From positions 2,590,485 through 2,654,484 of the forward strand of contig CAJINV010000011.1 of assembly GCA_905178155.1 (NCBI GenBank): DNA of 64,000 nt, read 5' to 3'. The notes under the pieces were generated by a model. That model worked only from the letters and a program-made list of their open reading frames with translations, was not told the origin of the DNA and made no database searches. Position 1 is the stretch's first letter, and every line of letters starts with the position of its first letter. This document shows, piece by piece, positions 12,113-24,496 of the stretch. Source of the DNA: Amoebophrya sp. A120. Lineage: Eukaryota > Protista > Dinoflagellata. The position numbers and the translations under genes were made by a program.

Positions 12113-15100
12113 TCACGCCCCAGCCGTGCCCGACTGAGCCGGCCCAGCAGCGTTGCTGCCATTTCCGCCTCGATTTCGTTTTTCTCTTCTGCTGCCCTTG
12201 TTCTCGTTGTTCTCCCGACGGTTATTGTTGTTCCCCCGTCCACCTTTCCCACCGCGGCCCTTGTTTCCGTTGTTCCACGAGCCGTTTCCTGTCGGCAAGG
12301 GAAACTTCCGGCGGACGCAGTGCGTCTCCGCGTCCACCTCGATCACTTCGCTTTCCTGGCAGGAGAGACAAACAAACATCTCCATTCCCTCAACGTTCCC
12401 GCTGTTGTAGCCCTTCAGAATCTCGATGATCCGCGTGAACCCCATCGGGATTTTGATCGGAATCCACCCGCTGGGCATCGCGTGCTTCGGGAGAAACGTT
12501 TCGTTCCGCCAACTTCGGTCCGAAAAGTAGTGGTCAAACTGGTTTTGGATGATGGATTTCAGTTGGAGCAATTTCTTCTTCACGGTTAAATCCACATCGA
12601 GGGTCGCCGGAAACCGAATGATCTCCCCGAGAATCTCGTGCTGGATTATCTCCTCGTTGTCGCTGTTTTGGGACATTTTATAGGCCGGGAAGTAGGTACT
12701 TGTGAGCTCACGGTCGATCTGCTCTTTGCTCCAATTTTTGAAGGACTTGGACGTGGGCTCGCTGGTGACGTCAGGATTTTTTGCAGCGGAGGACGTAGAA
12801 GTTGCCTCCTCGGGAGGTGCCGCGATCTGGGGCTGTTCTTGCGGGGCGTCAACAGGAACCACTGCCGTTGGCGTGGTTTCCGAATGAACTACCACAGCTT
12901 GTTCAGGGCTCTGGCATGTGGGAGCCAGCTCGCTTGTTGGAGAAGCCGCAGCTGTCGGTAACTCGGTCGCTTGTGTTTGCTGTGCACCTGAATTATATCG
13001 TGGTCGTGAAGGATTTTTGTCAAACAGACGTGCTAAGGACTATAACCTTGGAAGAAGAAAAGGGCTGCACAGTCGTATTGGATTGAAGTGCTTTGATGAT
13101 CATTTCGAGCTGGGCTCGGCACAACGCCCTTGATTTAGAAATAAAGTCTAGCGAAAGAAAAACTATTTCACTGCTCAACATGTAAAAGATACCTGCATTC
13201 TTGTTCGGAGCTACACACTCCTGCGCAACAGCCGTCGAGGCAGAAGATGTCTGTGTCGCTCGTGCCGTACTGAGCTGTAGACTGGAAAGCCCGAGTGCCG
13301 CTGCCAACGATTTCTCCGCGGCCGGGTCCAACTTGGAGTTCTGCAGGAACTGATTGAGCAGGGCATGGTCGAACGACATCTGTTGACCAGGAGGATTTGT
13401 CGTCGACTGCAAATAAACATTGCTTGCATCCACTCCGTTGCCGTTAATACAACTTTCGCCACTTCCGCCTTCGCCGGCAGCGGAAGCAACTGGCTTGTTC
13501 ACCTCGGTATTAAGTTGCGCTGGAGCAGGCTGAGGCGTTGTTTCCTCTTTCTTTTCAGCAACGAAATTCTCAGTAGATCCGGCAGACTTAGCTTCTTTGC
13601 ACTCTTGGTCTTTTTCGACGACCACGGGCGTAACAGCGGTGGTTTTCTCTGGTTCTTGTACCTCTTCAGCTTCAAGAGCTTCTTCTTCCTCGGGTGGTGG
13701 CAGCGGTGTGATGAAAGTCTTCTGGGTGTGAAAAACTTGCTTTGTGCGTAGTTTGGCCGCACTTTGCTCTCCGTCTGGAGCTGGGACAGGACCGACCAGT
13801 GGCTGATTTGATAATGTGCTTTTCGTCCCAACGGCATCATCCTCATGATCAGCATCTTCGAAATCCTTTCTCTGGTTCATTTGCATGGAAATCAAGTAGG
13901 GCTGCATGATTTCATGGGGCTCCAGCACGTCCACCGTCTCCAGTTCCACACTGCCATCCTCCGAAAACAAATTCACCAGGTACAATTCGCATTTCCAATC
14001 GTCCTCCGTCTCTGTCTCGACCCGTTTTTGCACCTTTGCGATTTTAAACGCGGAGATCCGGGCCTTCCCGTTCCGCATCAGCTCAAACGCACGATACTGG
14101 AGATAATCCCCCTTTTCCGGCTGCGTCTCAAAGTCCATCGGGTTCATCACTTTCCACCGCGGGTCGGACGTTTTAGGGATGACTTCGGTGGAGGAGGTCG
14201 CAGTCTTCTTCGTAGCTTTATTGTTCATGATCTCGACGGTCGCGGTGGCTTTCTCTTTTTGATCATTCCTATTTGTTTTCCGGACGAGGTTTTGATGGTT
14301 TGAGGTTTGCTGATTTGAGCTGTTTTTCTGCACCTCTTCTGAAGAGGATTCTTCCTCCCCGGAGCTGCTTGAAGCCCCATCGGATTCGTCGTCATCCCCA
14401 GATGAACTATCATCATCAACTTCCATAGTCGTGACTTTGGAAGACGGCTGGGCGCCGGCCGCTGCACTCTGTTGCTGCGCTTCCGGTGGTACCGGTTCAA
14501 CTCCAGATGAGGCGGCATTGGCCTTGCTGCCGGCGTTTTGAGCAACAGCAGTGGTCTGCTTTTCCTCTTCCTCCTCGTCCGACTCCGATTCTTCTTCAGA
14601 GCTGCTTTCCTCTTCAGACGATTTTGTCGTGTTTGCAGGACCACCTCCCGCTGGAGCAGCAACAGACGCTGGCGCTGCGTTCTTTGTGTTTGCTGATGTC
14701 GCTGCTGGTTTCTTGTCTTCGTCCTGATCCTCCTCACACGAACTACTATCCGGATCGTCTTCGGAGCTGGTGCTCTTCTCATCCACAATTCCCTCATCGA
14801 CGGTTGTCGTTGTGCCAATCATTGGCTGCTCCGTGGTCGAGTTTTTAGGAATCGAGGCTCGTTCTCCTTGCTGTTGCTCAGAAGTAGTTTTTTCTGCTCC
14901 TACCGAAGACGCAGCTGCTGCAGCAGACGACGACGCTGCAGGTCCTCGTAGCCCAAGTGGAACAAGCTCATTTTGCTCATTCTTGCTTGTTTCTGGAAGA
15001 TCCTTCGCAGCGCCACCGCCGCGCCCAGTAGCTTCAATCTTCTGCTTCTTGCAACTTGGACTCTCTACTTGCTCATCGACGCCCTGGCCTTCCTCGTCCC

Positions 15101-16013
15101 GCCCAGTGTCTTTTCGCGCCGGTAAAACCACTGCGGCTGCTTGCTGCGCGGCTTGTCGCTGTTCGTGCTGTAGTTGATTCCGAGTTTCTTGCGCAGTCAC
15201 ACCACTGGTTCTGGTACAACCTCGTCCCGCAGGAGCAGAAAAAATGGTGGCGTTAATAACGTTATGATCGCGCACCAAATGCGAACGCTTGTTGAACGTG
15301 ACAGAAGATCCAATTCCAGTGCCTCCAATAAACCCGCCTCTGCTACTCGTGGCCGCCCCCGCGCGCTGTTGATGAAAGTGGCCACGACCTGCTCCCCCTG
15401 GCTGTGCGAACGACGAAGATGCGACGCTGTGACGCATACTAGCGTCCACCAATGGCTGGGGTTTGTCGTAGTTCTCGCCTCTTTCCGTGACGACAGGAAT
15501 ATAATCGAGACTTTTAATACTCTGTTCCATTTCATCGTCACGAAATTTTCTTTCTGCGACCCAATCTATTTTCAGAACCACCTCCTCGTTGCACTCGAGA
15601 AGGTCGGTGATGGGCGTGTCGAGTTGCGTGTACTCGTAGCCGTCAACGGTGAGCAGCGATCGTCGGAAGGTCTCTTCCACAATGGGCCAGTCTGATGTAG
15701 TTGGTGGCACGCACTGCACAGACAACCAATCCAACACACCCCCCAAGGTGTCGTCGCGCGGAAGGTCGTCGTCTTCTCTTTGTGCTGGCCTCACCAGCTT
15801 GGAGGACGCTCCGTGGCAGTTGCGTCGTATCCTCTCTAGGGGGATCGCAACCACAATATCATTTTGTGTGGTGCCACAATTATCTGGCCCATCTGCCAAG
15901 AGGTAATATTCCACAACGGAGGATGAATTCATGTCGGCGCGGTCAATACCAACTGAATCGCAAACCCGGACATGTGGCTGTAAGACCACCCGAACGCGAA
16001 GTTTGAATACCAT
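12113..16013 (-). CDS. Coilin-like protein with C-terminal La motif (LAM) and RGG tail; exons 16013-13193 and 12987-12113
   Basis: N-terminal KLRVRVV...LLTVDGYEY...LLECNEEVVLKI resembles the coilin N-terminal domain. Acidic Ser-rich middle. PEKGDYLQYRAFEL...ISAFKIAKV resembles the coilin Tudor-like domain. IQNQFDHYFSD...FL...GWIPI...FTRI...SEVIEVD...VRRKFPLP matches the La motif. The joining GT-AG intron is phase-compatible. Confidence 0.65.
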
Positions 16014-16861
16014 TTTTGGTGTGGTCGTACTGACTTTGAGACAAGAATGAAAGCGATGGAATCTTTACGATGGAGCAAAGAAGAAACTCAGTCACCAGGC
16101 ACTACTACTTACTCTGTATTTGAAACTGCCACTGCGGAACTAGAAGGTTCTAAAAAGTTGCGTGTGGTTCGACCTCATCGTATGATTCTGGATCTAGCGA
16201 ACTTCGTCTTCCTCACCTCGTCCTGAGAGAAACATTCTTCTTCATCGACCAGATACAAATGGAAAATGTCTATGCTGAATCTAGCAGAAATTACGCACTT
16301 CTTCTTTTGAGGATCTATTTCGCTGCACGTCCTCCCGATTATCCACCTCCATGCATTCAATTTTAGTCCGTTGAAGTTTGAAAAAGAATGATCTATCGGA
16401 AATTATGATCAAGATAGAGATGACAAATACGATCTTCTTGTGCAGCTGGGATCACGACTCTTATTTTGTTGGCAGCGGTAGAAACAAATTTAGAAACAAG
16501 TGTGGGTCCAAAGAATTTTCATTCGTCGTCGCCGTCGTTAAAATTTCTGATATTTCCATGCGTTTATCAACAAAGAGGACAAGTCATATTTGTGCAGAAA
16601 TTTGCGATTGGAAGTCTTTCGCCGAGAAGATCGAAAGCGCCTAGCTGTGATGCTAGCAGGGGCTGTTCACAACGTGAGTGAATCTTTTACAGTACCGTGA
16701 GAACTATGACGAGGAAGCGCTATGTAGTATAGTGATGTTGAATTATACTCAGATAGATATTTCTATAATCTCATGAACCTAGACAAAAATCAAAGAAGAG
16801 ACATCTGCTCACTTTAGTGACCATGAGGGCTTCTACACCTCTCCGCAGCAAAAGCAGCACT

Positions 16862-18667
16862 CTAATCGGTGATGAGTAAACCCCCATCGGTGAGGCTATG
16901 TATGGCGTACCAGTAGGTGCCACAGATACCTGTGCAGTGCCAGCAACAGAGGCACATTTCCAAATAGCTGCATGTCGGCATGGTATACCCGGCGCAACAA
17001 CACACAGCACGCGCGCAACATAGGCCGCCGCACACGTTCAGACAGGTGGCGGGGTCCATGCACTGGTGAATCTCGTGTAGGAAGGGCATGAGTGCTGGTA
17101 GTTGGCGCAGTAGTCCAGCTCGTTCATCTTCCGGAACAAGATCTTCTTCGTCTTCGCGGTGTGGGGGTCCCCAATATATCGGCACCGGGCCTCTTCTGTC
17201 CTCACGGATATTACCTGCTCCTGCCTGCTGAAACATACGGTGCTGCGGTGGCTGCAGGAAAAGCAATCTCTCCGCTTGCAGGTCGCGTTCGTCACCAGCA
17301 CCAGCGTGCGGCCCACCTCCACGACGTCGGAGGAAATTGTTTTGTCCGTGCTCGCGTGGTGCCATTGGTGGAACTGGAAGCGGCGGACCACGACCGGTGC
17401 GTTGCGCGAACGTACGTTCTGCTCCACCTCCGTGCCACTCCGCTTCAAACGGTTTGCAGAAGCAGAGGTAACTCGGGTTATAATTTCTCTCGTCCCGCCC
17501 ACTTTCGGTCTCGTCGATTTCTCTCCTTGGCAGTCGCATGGCCGCGCACAGCAGGTGCACCCGGTGCGTGCAGTCGGGAAACTCGAGGATAGCGTCCGGA
17601 TCTAGAAGATCCGCGGCAGAACCTGAACCTCCTGAGATGTTGTTGACTCCGTGAACAAGATTTCGACTGTCATAAATGCCACCAGAGCACGTGTGCACGA
17701 TTCGATTCACCGTTTACGACACCTGGCTGAACAAGGCGAGTGCGATCTCGCGGCCTGTGGTAAAAGTGGCACTACACGAGGAGGTCGCTGTGTCCATCTC
17801 ATCTTCATCGCTGTCGGAGGAGGAAGGTGGCTCAACTACGCAGCTGGACGTGGCTGCGTCGCTCGTACTTCTTGACGTTGGATCGGCGACAACACCTGCG
17901 CGTCGAAGTCTTTCGTTCCGCTGCAGCCATGCCCAAGAGATCCAGGAGTTTTTGGCTGTTGTTGGGGTACCTGCTCCTGGTTCATCCGTATGATTACCTT
18001 CACGTCTTGGTCTTGCTTTTGCAGGAAGTGGCTTGAAACAGACGATGCAGCGATTCTTGTAAAGCCGTAGTCTGTCCTCGTCGGCAAATTTTACTGGCTT
18101 GAAACAGACCAAACAGTTTGACTTCACACCATCCTTCCAAACATGCCCACACGACTCCTTTTGGTGCGTCATCCACCGACGCACGCAAGCACGGTGCCCC
18201 AGGGTGTGCGGGATGCCACCTGGGCAGGTGGAGGTGGAAAACGGTTTTGTAACTTTGTCGTCGTGGCACAGGATGCAAAAGGAACTCTGTACTACCGGGG
18301 GCGGCGGTGGTATTTCTGGGTCCTCTGGTGCCGCGGCTGGTGTCAACGTTGGAGTTGCCGGCATGCTATCCGTCGGCGTAGATACTGTTGCTTCTCCATC
18401 GGTCGTGCTATTGGCAGCAAGGCTACAGCTGCTGCCGGCTGCGGAGGAGGTTTGTCGGAGGAAAAGTCTGGCTGCCGGTTTCCCATCCGGATGTTGTTCC
18501 GCTTCTGGGGACATCGAGAATTTTCGACGAAGTGTCGGTAAGTACGCCGCTGTGCTGTGTTGCACCAGAAGGAGGCACAACTGAAAGGCGAAGAGAAGAT
18601 GCATCATTTTTTTTAGGAACTCAGTCAGAAGCCTCCTCGATGATTTGATGAATCTTTTTGTGCACAA
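16862..18667 (-). CDS. RING-finger protein with signal-peptide-like N-terminus and Cys-rich hydrophobic C-terminus; structure near 17714 unresolved
   Basis: MMHLLFAFQLCLLLVQHSTAA; CILC...C...H..GHRAC...W...CLVC; second CIVC...CTHRVHLLC core. The two ORFs are in the same frame, separated by TAA at 17714-17716. Confidence 0.55.
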
Positions 18668-18782
18668 TTTAAATTTATTGATTCACAAAGATAAAAAGAA
18701 ACCGCGCCTTGGAGAAGAAAATGCAACGACACAGGAACCGTATTGATTGACTACACATACGGCAATTTTCATTGTGTGCTGA

Positions 18783-19141
18783 GGACATCATTGGACATTG
18801 CTTACTGTAGGATCGATCTTTGTGGTGGCTACTGACTTTGACCACACTGTCAACGTTGTCATCAACATCTTGAATGATGTGTTTTTTACAAAGCGTATGC
18901 TGTTGCCAACGTTGATATTGCTACTGGATCATCATCTAAAAGTAATATCATCATGATCTGTTTGGCAAGAAGTGGTGAGCCAGATCTTCTCTCTCTGTGA
19001 AAAAGTGCGCATTTTAGTTTGCGCAACAACCTTGAAAGTAAAGGTCGCTGCAGGCCCAGGTTTAGGAGTTTGCAAGTATTGTGCGTGCGGACCAGAGACT
19101 TCATGCGGAAAGGTGCACGTCGTGAGTGTCAACTACACAGT
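18783..19141. repeat. Diverged ~330-360-bp direct repeat, copy 1 (upstream of the RING gene)
   Basis: Shares TTACTGTAGGATCGATCTTTGTGGTGGCTACTG, CCAGGTTTAGGAGTTTGCAA, GCGGACCAGAGACTTCATG and TGTCAACTACACAGT with 21555-21881. Confidence 0.85.
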
Positions 19142-19279
19142 TACAACGCTCAGTCGCACAACGCTTCAATTGTGTCCACGTATTGGGATCAATGCGCTTT
19201 ACCCGCTCGTGGCCGCATCAGTTGCCCTTCTGGCCGAGAGGTCGTTTTAATCATGTACCGTGTTGCCGCCGCGCTTGTC

Positions 19280-21188
19280 CTAGTTGCTCCCGTGGCTGGT
19301 GCGTTGCGCCCCGTCCTTCTCGTGTCCGTGTTTTTTCGCCAAGTCGATCAGTTCCTTCACCAGCGCAAGGTGCTTTCCGGCATTGTTCAGCAGTTTTCCG
19401 CGGCTGGAAATTTGTTCGCGATGGGATTTCCTGGCGTCCTCGTTAAGAACAAGTGACGCCCATTTTTGTGTCTTGAGGTAATCGAAGTTGCTTTGCTCCA
19501 AGTGTTGCAGTTCCGCGCGCAAGCAAATTTTGTTTGGTTCGCGCTTGTCTTTGTGCACAGAATGCAAGATCATTTCGAGCTCCGAGTGATTCTCCTTCGT
19601 ATGCGGTTGCTGTATATCGGCCATGACCGATTGAAGTGAGACTGTCGTGTGCGCTGCCGCTGCAGCCGCGTGCTCGTCATGCTGTTTGAGCCATCCCTGG
19701 GGCCCCAGCATCTCTTCCACTGCGTCGTGGGCGTGTTTAAATATCTCGTAAATCAGCGTATGTCTCCTGAAGGCCAAGTTTGAATAGTGATGCGCTTATC
19801 CATCTTCTACAACAAGAAGATCTACTTTCTTCATTAATATATCACTATCATCCTCAAGCCTTGCTTGCGCGTAAGTACTGGCAAATATTGGCTGTGCACG
19901 GATGCCCAAAATGCGTGAACACAAAAACGCTAACTCGGTGAAGCAAAATCACGCAAAAAAATACTTTGCGTTATGAAAACTCGCCACGTAATGCAGCACA
20001 AACTTCTCCAACGCATGAACAGCCTCCCGGAACGCATCGACATGCCCGCGCACATCCTCGGCAGAACCGAGCTCCGCCTGCAGATCGGGATAAAAATGCT
20101 TCGCCTTCAACGAGTCGGGCACCATAGAGGAAAAAGACGGCATCCACCGGGTGTGTCCACTGGCGTCCTCCTCCTTGGGTGTTGATTTCTCCCACTCTTC
20201 GTGTGAGTTCATCTGCTCGAAAATCTGGTGTTCCATGATGACGTCGAGCATTTTGTCCACTATCCTATCAGCCGTTTTACTGAAAATCGGGAAGTCATGA
20301 TGCGGGCCCTGTTGTAGTGAGTTTGTCGGATCTTAAATAATGCGTTACTTCCTGTGTCGTTGTGCCTTCAGGGCGGGACAAAAGAAAAATATTGTTGTAG
20401 AATGAGTTTAAAATCAAAATCATGAAACAAGTACGAGAGCAGAAAGTTTTTTATCCGCCAGCAGCCTTCTCCAAGAGAAAGAATCTGAATCGTGTTTCGG
20501 AAATGCTGCTCTTGCCTTAACTGTAGCTTCATAGAGTTTCGTCATCTGGAAGATTACGGCTTGTTCTTCTTCGGATTTCGCGTGAAGGGCACGCATCGCA
20601 TTTGCGTCCCGAAAGTTGGCTGTACCGTCCCCGTGTTCGTCCAATCGCATTACCACATAATTTTCGGCCGATTCGTCCTGCGAGTTAGGCATCGGAGGGC
20701 AGTTAATCCCCAAATTTGTCAGACATTCCTTGAGGACTCGAGCGTGCTTGTTCACCGCCCACCACAAGTTTGCTCCTTCCTTTTCAAAATTTTTCCACAC
20801 CATGTTTGCGATTTTGTCTTTGTACTCGCCAGCATGTGAGAACCTGCTATTAGCTGCTTGTGTCATTTGCGTGAACGTCACGTTCGAGGCTGGCAGAAGA
20901 TTCAGCGCCTCCCCCGTCCGCGCCCGGTCTTGAACGGAGGAAACCGATCCATCCGATTCCACAACGTCACTGATGGGAATGTCCGTCTGCTCTCCCTCTT
21001 TCTCCCCATTCACGGAGGCGATCTTAACTCCCTCCGTTGCCGGTCGCGCGTCTCGGTAGGCGAAGGCGAGCAAAGATTTGTAGTGAAAAGCCAGAAAGGA
21101 GCATAGCAGCGGCAACAATAGACATGTGACCGGCTTATGCACGAAAATTTTCCGGAGGACGGAGACGGACCACGCGTCGCCCATCATG
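19280..21188 (-). CDS. Hypothetical three-exon protein with N-terminal hydrophobic segment
   Basis: ORFs 20420-21226, 19949-20260 and 19280-19777 can be joined by phase-compatible GT-AG introns. Hydrophobic stretch VTCLLLPLLCSFLAF. No family recognised. Confidence 0.6.
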
Positions 21189-21554
21189 ATTTGAATTTGA
21201 GAAAACGGAGCTGCCGGGAATGACAAATATTACAAAAGAGAAATGAGAAATGAAGTCTATAGCACGCTAGCTATCACTTAGCGTTCTGTCTTTCACCTCG
21301 GTAGTTTATTTCCTGAGTCATTCTACGAACGTTAGTCTTAGTTCAACAATTTTTCAGCCGAGTCCAAAACAAGCAACAGATCATGATCAAGATCACCCCG
21401 AGGGCGCAACTAGAAGAGACGGAGCGAGCCTACTTGTAAATCCGTACCATGGATGAACAAATAGGGGAGAAGAAAGCGTAACGACACTGCAGACACCGTA
21501 AAAAGAAAAAGATTGAAGATTGACCACAAATAAGGCATAGCCATTGTCTGCTGG

Positions 21555-21881
21555 GGACATCAAGGGGCATTCCTTACTGTAGGATCGATCTTTGTGGTGG
21601 CTACTGGTTTTGATCACACTGTTCCACGTTATCAACATCTTGGCGTATGCTGGCGCAAACGTTGCTCATGATCACTCTGAGTCTGAGAAGAATTGGTGAA
21701 CCTTCAAGATCTTCATCTTCTCTCTGAGTGAAAAAGTGCACACCCTAGTTCCTTGCGCAACAACCTTTGCTGTAAAGGTCGTTGCAAGTCCTAGTCCAGG
21801 TTTAGGAGTTTGCAACTATTATGCGCGCGGACCAGAGACTTCATGTGCAGCGGTACAACACGTGACTGTCAACTACACAGT
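21555..21881. repeat. Diverged direct repeat, copy 2 (upstream of the 19280-21188 gene)
   Basis: Aligns by eye with 18783-19141. Confidence 0.85.
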
Positions 21882-21950
21882 GTTTCTTTGCAGCCTATCA
21901 AAAAAAATTTGAAAGAGGTTGCTCCACCAGCATGTAGCGGGTACGACCTC

Positions 21951-24130
21951 TCAGTAGTCATAGAACCCTCTTCCCGATTTTTTACCCAAGTTATGACAGT
22001 GCACAACTCCCCCTCCCCCTCATTTGCCATGCAAAAACCCAAATCCAGTTGCTACCTTGTGGCACCGTGTGCATGACAAATTCCAGAAATCCAAACAGTA
22101 CTACACTCGGCGCATGAACTTGTCATGCACAGGGTCCACCTGTACTGGTGTTTGTAATGCGGTTGATACCATACAAATGAGGGGGAGGGGGAGTTGTGCA
22201 CCCTCGTACAAATATCCGGCTTCCACGTAGTTTACCAGCAGTGGGCTTGGACGGTACTTGGAGTCGCCGAGCTCCTGGTGCAACACCCGCATGATGGCGA
22301 GGCAGGTGTCCAGGCCGATGAAGTCTGCGAGTGTCAGCGGCCCCATGGGTACGTTGGTGCCGAGCTTCAGAATTTTGTCGATGTCCTCCCGGGTGGCGAT
22401 CTTCTCCTGCAGGCAAAAGTATCCTGTGCAAAAGTATCGTACTCGTAGTAATTGCATTTATGCATTACAAATTTTTTTCTGATGGTAAATCCGCATGACA
22501 AATTTTATTTCTCATGCTGAGGAAATTTGTCATGCATTTATATATACGAGTACGATACTTTTGCAGTGCATAAAAAGCAGGCCTCGTTGATGTACGGCAT
22601 CAGAACGCGGTTGGCTGATCAAGTGATCAAAGTGTGATGTATTTTTTGGCAAATTATTCAGTCACTTGAAACAGACGCAGAATGATGATGATTAGTTCGA
22701 GCGTGGCTCGGCGCTACTCCCTCCTCCGACGCGCGGCAGGAATAGCCTGCCCTGATACCCTAGTGGTAACGTCGTTGACTGAGGCTAGGTTTTTTCGTCG
22801 TCCAGAAAAATAAAAATAACTTCTGAGGCTCCTCGAGTTCCTCATATGGGTACCACGCATGCGTGGGAATATTAGGTGCAGTTCAGCAACAATTATACCA
22901 TAATTTTCTATACCTATGAACCCCGGTCTATCCTGACTCGTCGCCGGATCTTTTTTCATCAAAGACACCATTTCCAAGGTCCTTTTGTGCGTTTCGTCGC
23001 TGGTTTGCAACCCCTTTGAATTGCAAAAGTAACGTACTAGTATAAATTGCAATACAAATTGGCTCAGCATTACAAATTGAATTTGTAATGCGGATTTGCC
23101 TTGGGAACTAGATTTGTAATGCATAAATGGAATTAGTACGAGTACGATACTTTTGCACAGGATAACCCCCGTATAATTTCCACGAGCGGCATGACCGGCA
23201 CCGGATTCATGAAGTGCATGCCGACGATATCCTGAGTAAAAACGTACCCACACCAGAGTCAGGATGGGGATTTTGCAACACAAACCTAGGTGCTTTGTGA
23301 GTCATGCGTGACAAGTTGCGCTCTGCAGTGTAGTGCAGCGTAGCAAGTGCAGCCGCTTCACAGATTCATCTGCTCATCCTGTTCACAGCATCACAAATTC
23401 CAAAACACGACTGGAAATGGCTCTCATGGGGATGCGCATTACAAGCCTTCCTGTCTGTGCAAATCTGCATTACAACTCTGGTGTGGGGACGTTTTTACTC
23501 AGGATAGACGAACCTTTCGGGGTTTTCCGGGACCCCGGCGGCGAGTTTGGTTATCGAGATTGAGCTGGTGTTCGAAGCAAGAACGGCGCTAGCTGGTAGT
23601 TTGAACTCCGTCACGAGAGTTTTGTATAGTTTGTGCTTCAAGTCTAAATTCTCGGAAACCGCTTCGATCACGAAGTCACAGTTTCCCACCGCACTGTAGT
23701 CTGCGCCTTCTTGTGGGAAAACGAGGACTTCGGATAACAATTCCTCTTTCTCCGCCTCGGTCAAACGGCTTTTTTCCACTTCCTTGCTACACCACTTCTC
23801 GGCGAATTTCTTGGATTTTTCCAAAGAATCGGAAAACGCGTCCAATACGTGTACTTTCATCGCGACCTTCTGCCTGGCCGCGACGAGAGCGATGCCGGTG
23901 CCCATCTGGCCCGCACCGAGAACGGCGAGGTGCGCCGGCAGTGAGGAGGAACTGGAGGAGGAACTGGTGGACGAGAAAGGCGATATCTGCTTGGAACAAG
24001 ATTCTGCTTTATAGAAAGCTGCACGACGAGACGAACGTGATGCGACTGCAGCACAGAGCTGGCGCGACGGACTTCCCCGCGCATGGACGAGGCGCAGAGA
24101 CGACGTCATTCCCACACCGGTGGATGTCAT
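21951..24130 (-). CDS. 3-hydroxybutyryl-CoA (3-hydroxyacyl-CoA) dehydrogenase, probably mitochondrial; exons 24130-23507, 23222-23165, 23009-22914, 22614-22573, 22414-22209, 21986-21951
   Basis: Rossmann [103 protein letters not shown]. Requires removal of four introners and one GT-AG intron. Arg/Ser-rich presequence. Confidence 0.93.
21992..22208. mobile_element. Introner-type intron (dehydrogenase intron 5)
   Basis: TIR TATGACAGTGCACAACTCCCCCTCCCCCTCATTTG vs TACGAGGGTGCACAACTCCCCCTCCCCCTCATTTG. TSD CAAGT/CAAAT. Removing 222 nt gives AGYLGKK. Confidence 0.88.
22420..22572. mobile_element. Introner-type intron, TGCAAAAGTA family (dehydrogenase intron 4)
   Basis: Starts TATCCTGTGCAAAAGTATCGTACTCGTA and ends TACGAGTACGATACTTTTGCAGTGCATA. 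TSD AAAAG twice. Removing 158 nt gives EACFCLQE. Confidence 0.92.
23015..23164. mobile_element. Introner-type intron, TGCAAAAGTA family, opposite orientation (dehydrogenase intron 2)
   Basis: Its reverse complement aligns end to end with 22420-22572. TSD ACCCC twice. Removing 155 nt gives IIRGLQTS. Confidence 0.92.
23228..23506. mobile_element. Introner-type intron, CTGAGTAAAA family (dehydrogenase intron 1)
   Basis: Near-perfect 32-bp TIR TATCCTGAGTAAAAACGT(A/C)CCCACACCAGAGT. TSD GACGA twice. Removing 284 nt gives ERFVGMHF. Confidence 0.93.
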
Positions 24131-24496
24131 CGTGTTCTATTTGATTTTCCTTTTCGGGCAGCTGTAAAGAGTTTGCATATGTCTATGTGTTCTCTCGTCT
24201 GCTAATAAGAATACGGACGACAGGAGCTCCTCAGCGATTATTCCGGTACGTACTTACTTCTTTTTGCGGGCGAGTAGCTCACAAACACAGTGCGCGAGTG
24301 AAGAGGCGGACCGGAGGACTCCAGAGAAATTGCGCGACAGCTTTTGTCTTCCGTTTTGTGTATTGACTCGTTCTTCTTGGAAATGGCATGCATGTGCACC
24401 TGTGGCAAAAAAATGTGCTGTGCCTTCGAAATTCATCATCTTCGGTTTCTTTTTGTAGTGGAGGCTCGTCGAAAATATTCAAGCTGCTCATGATCT

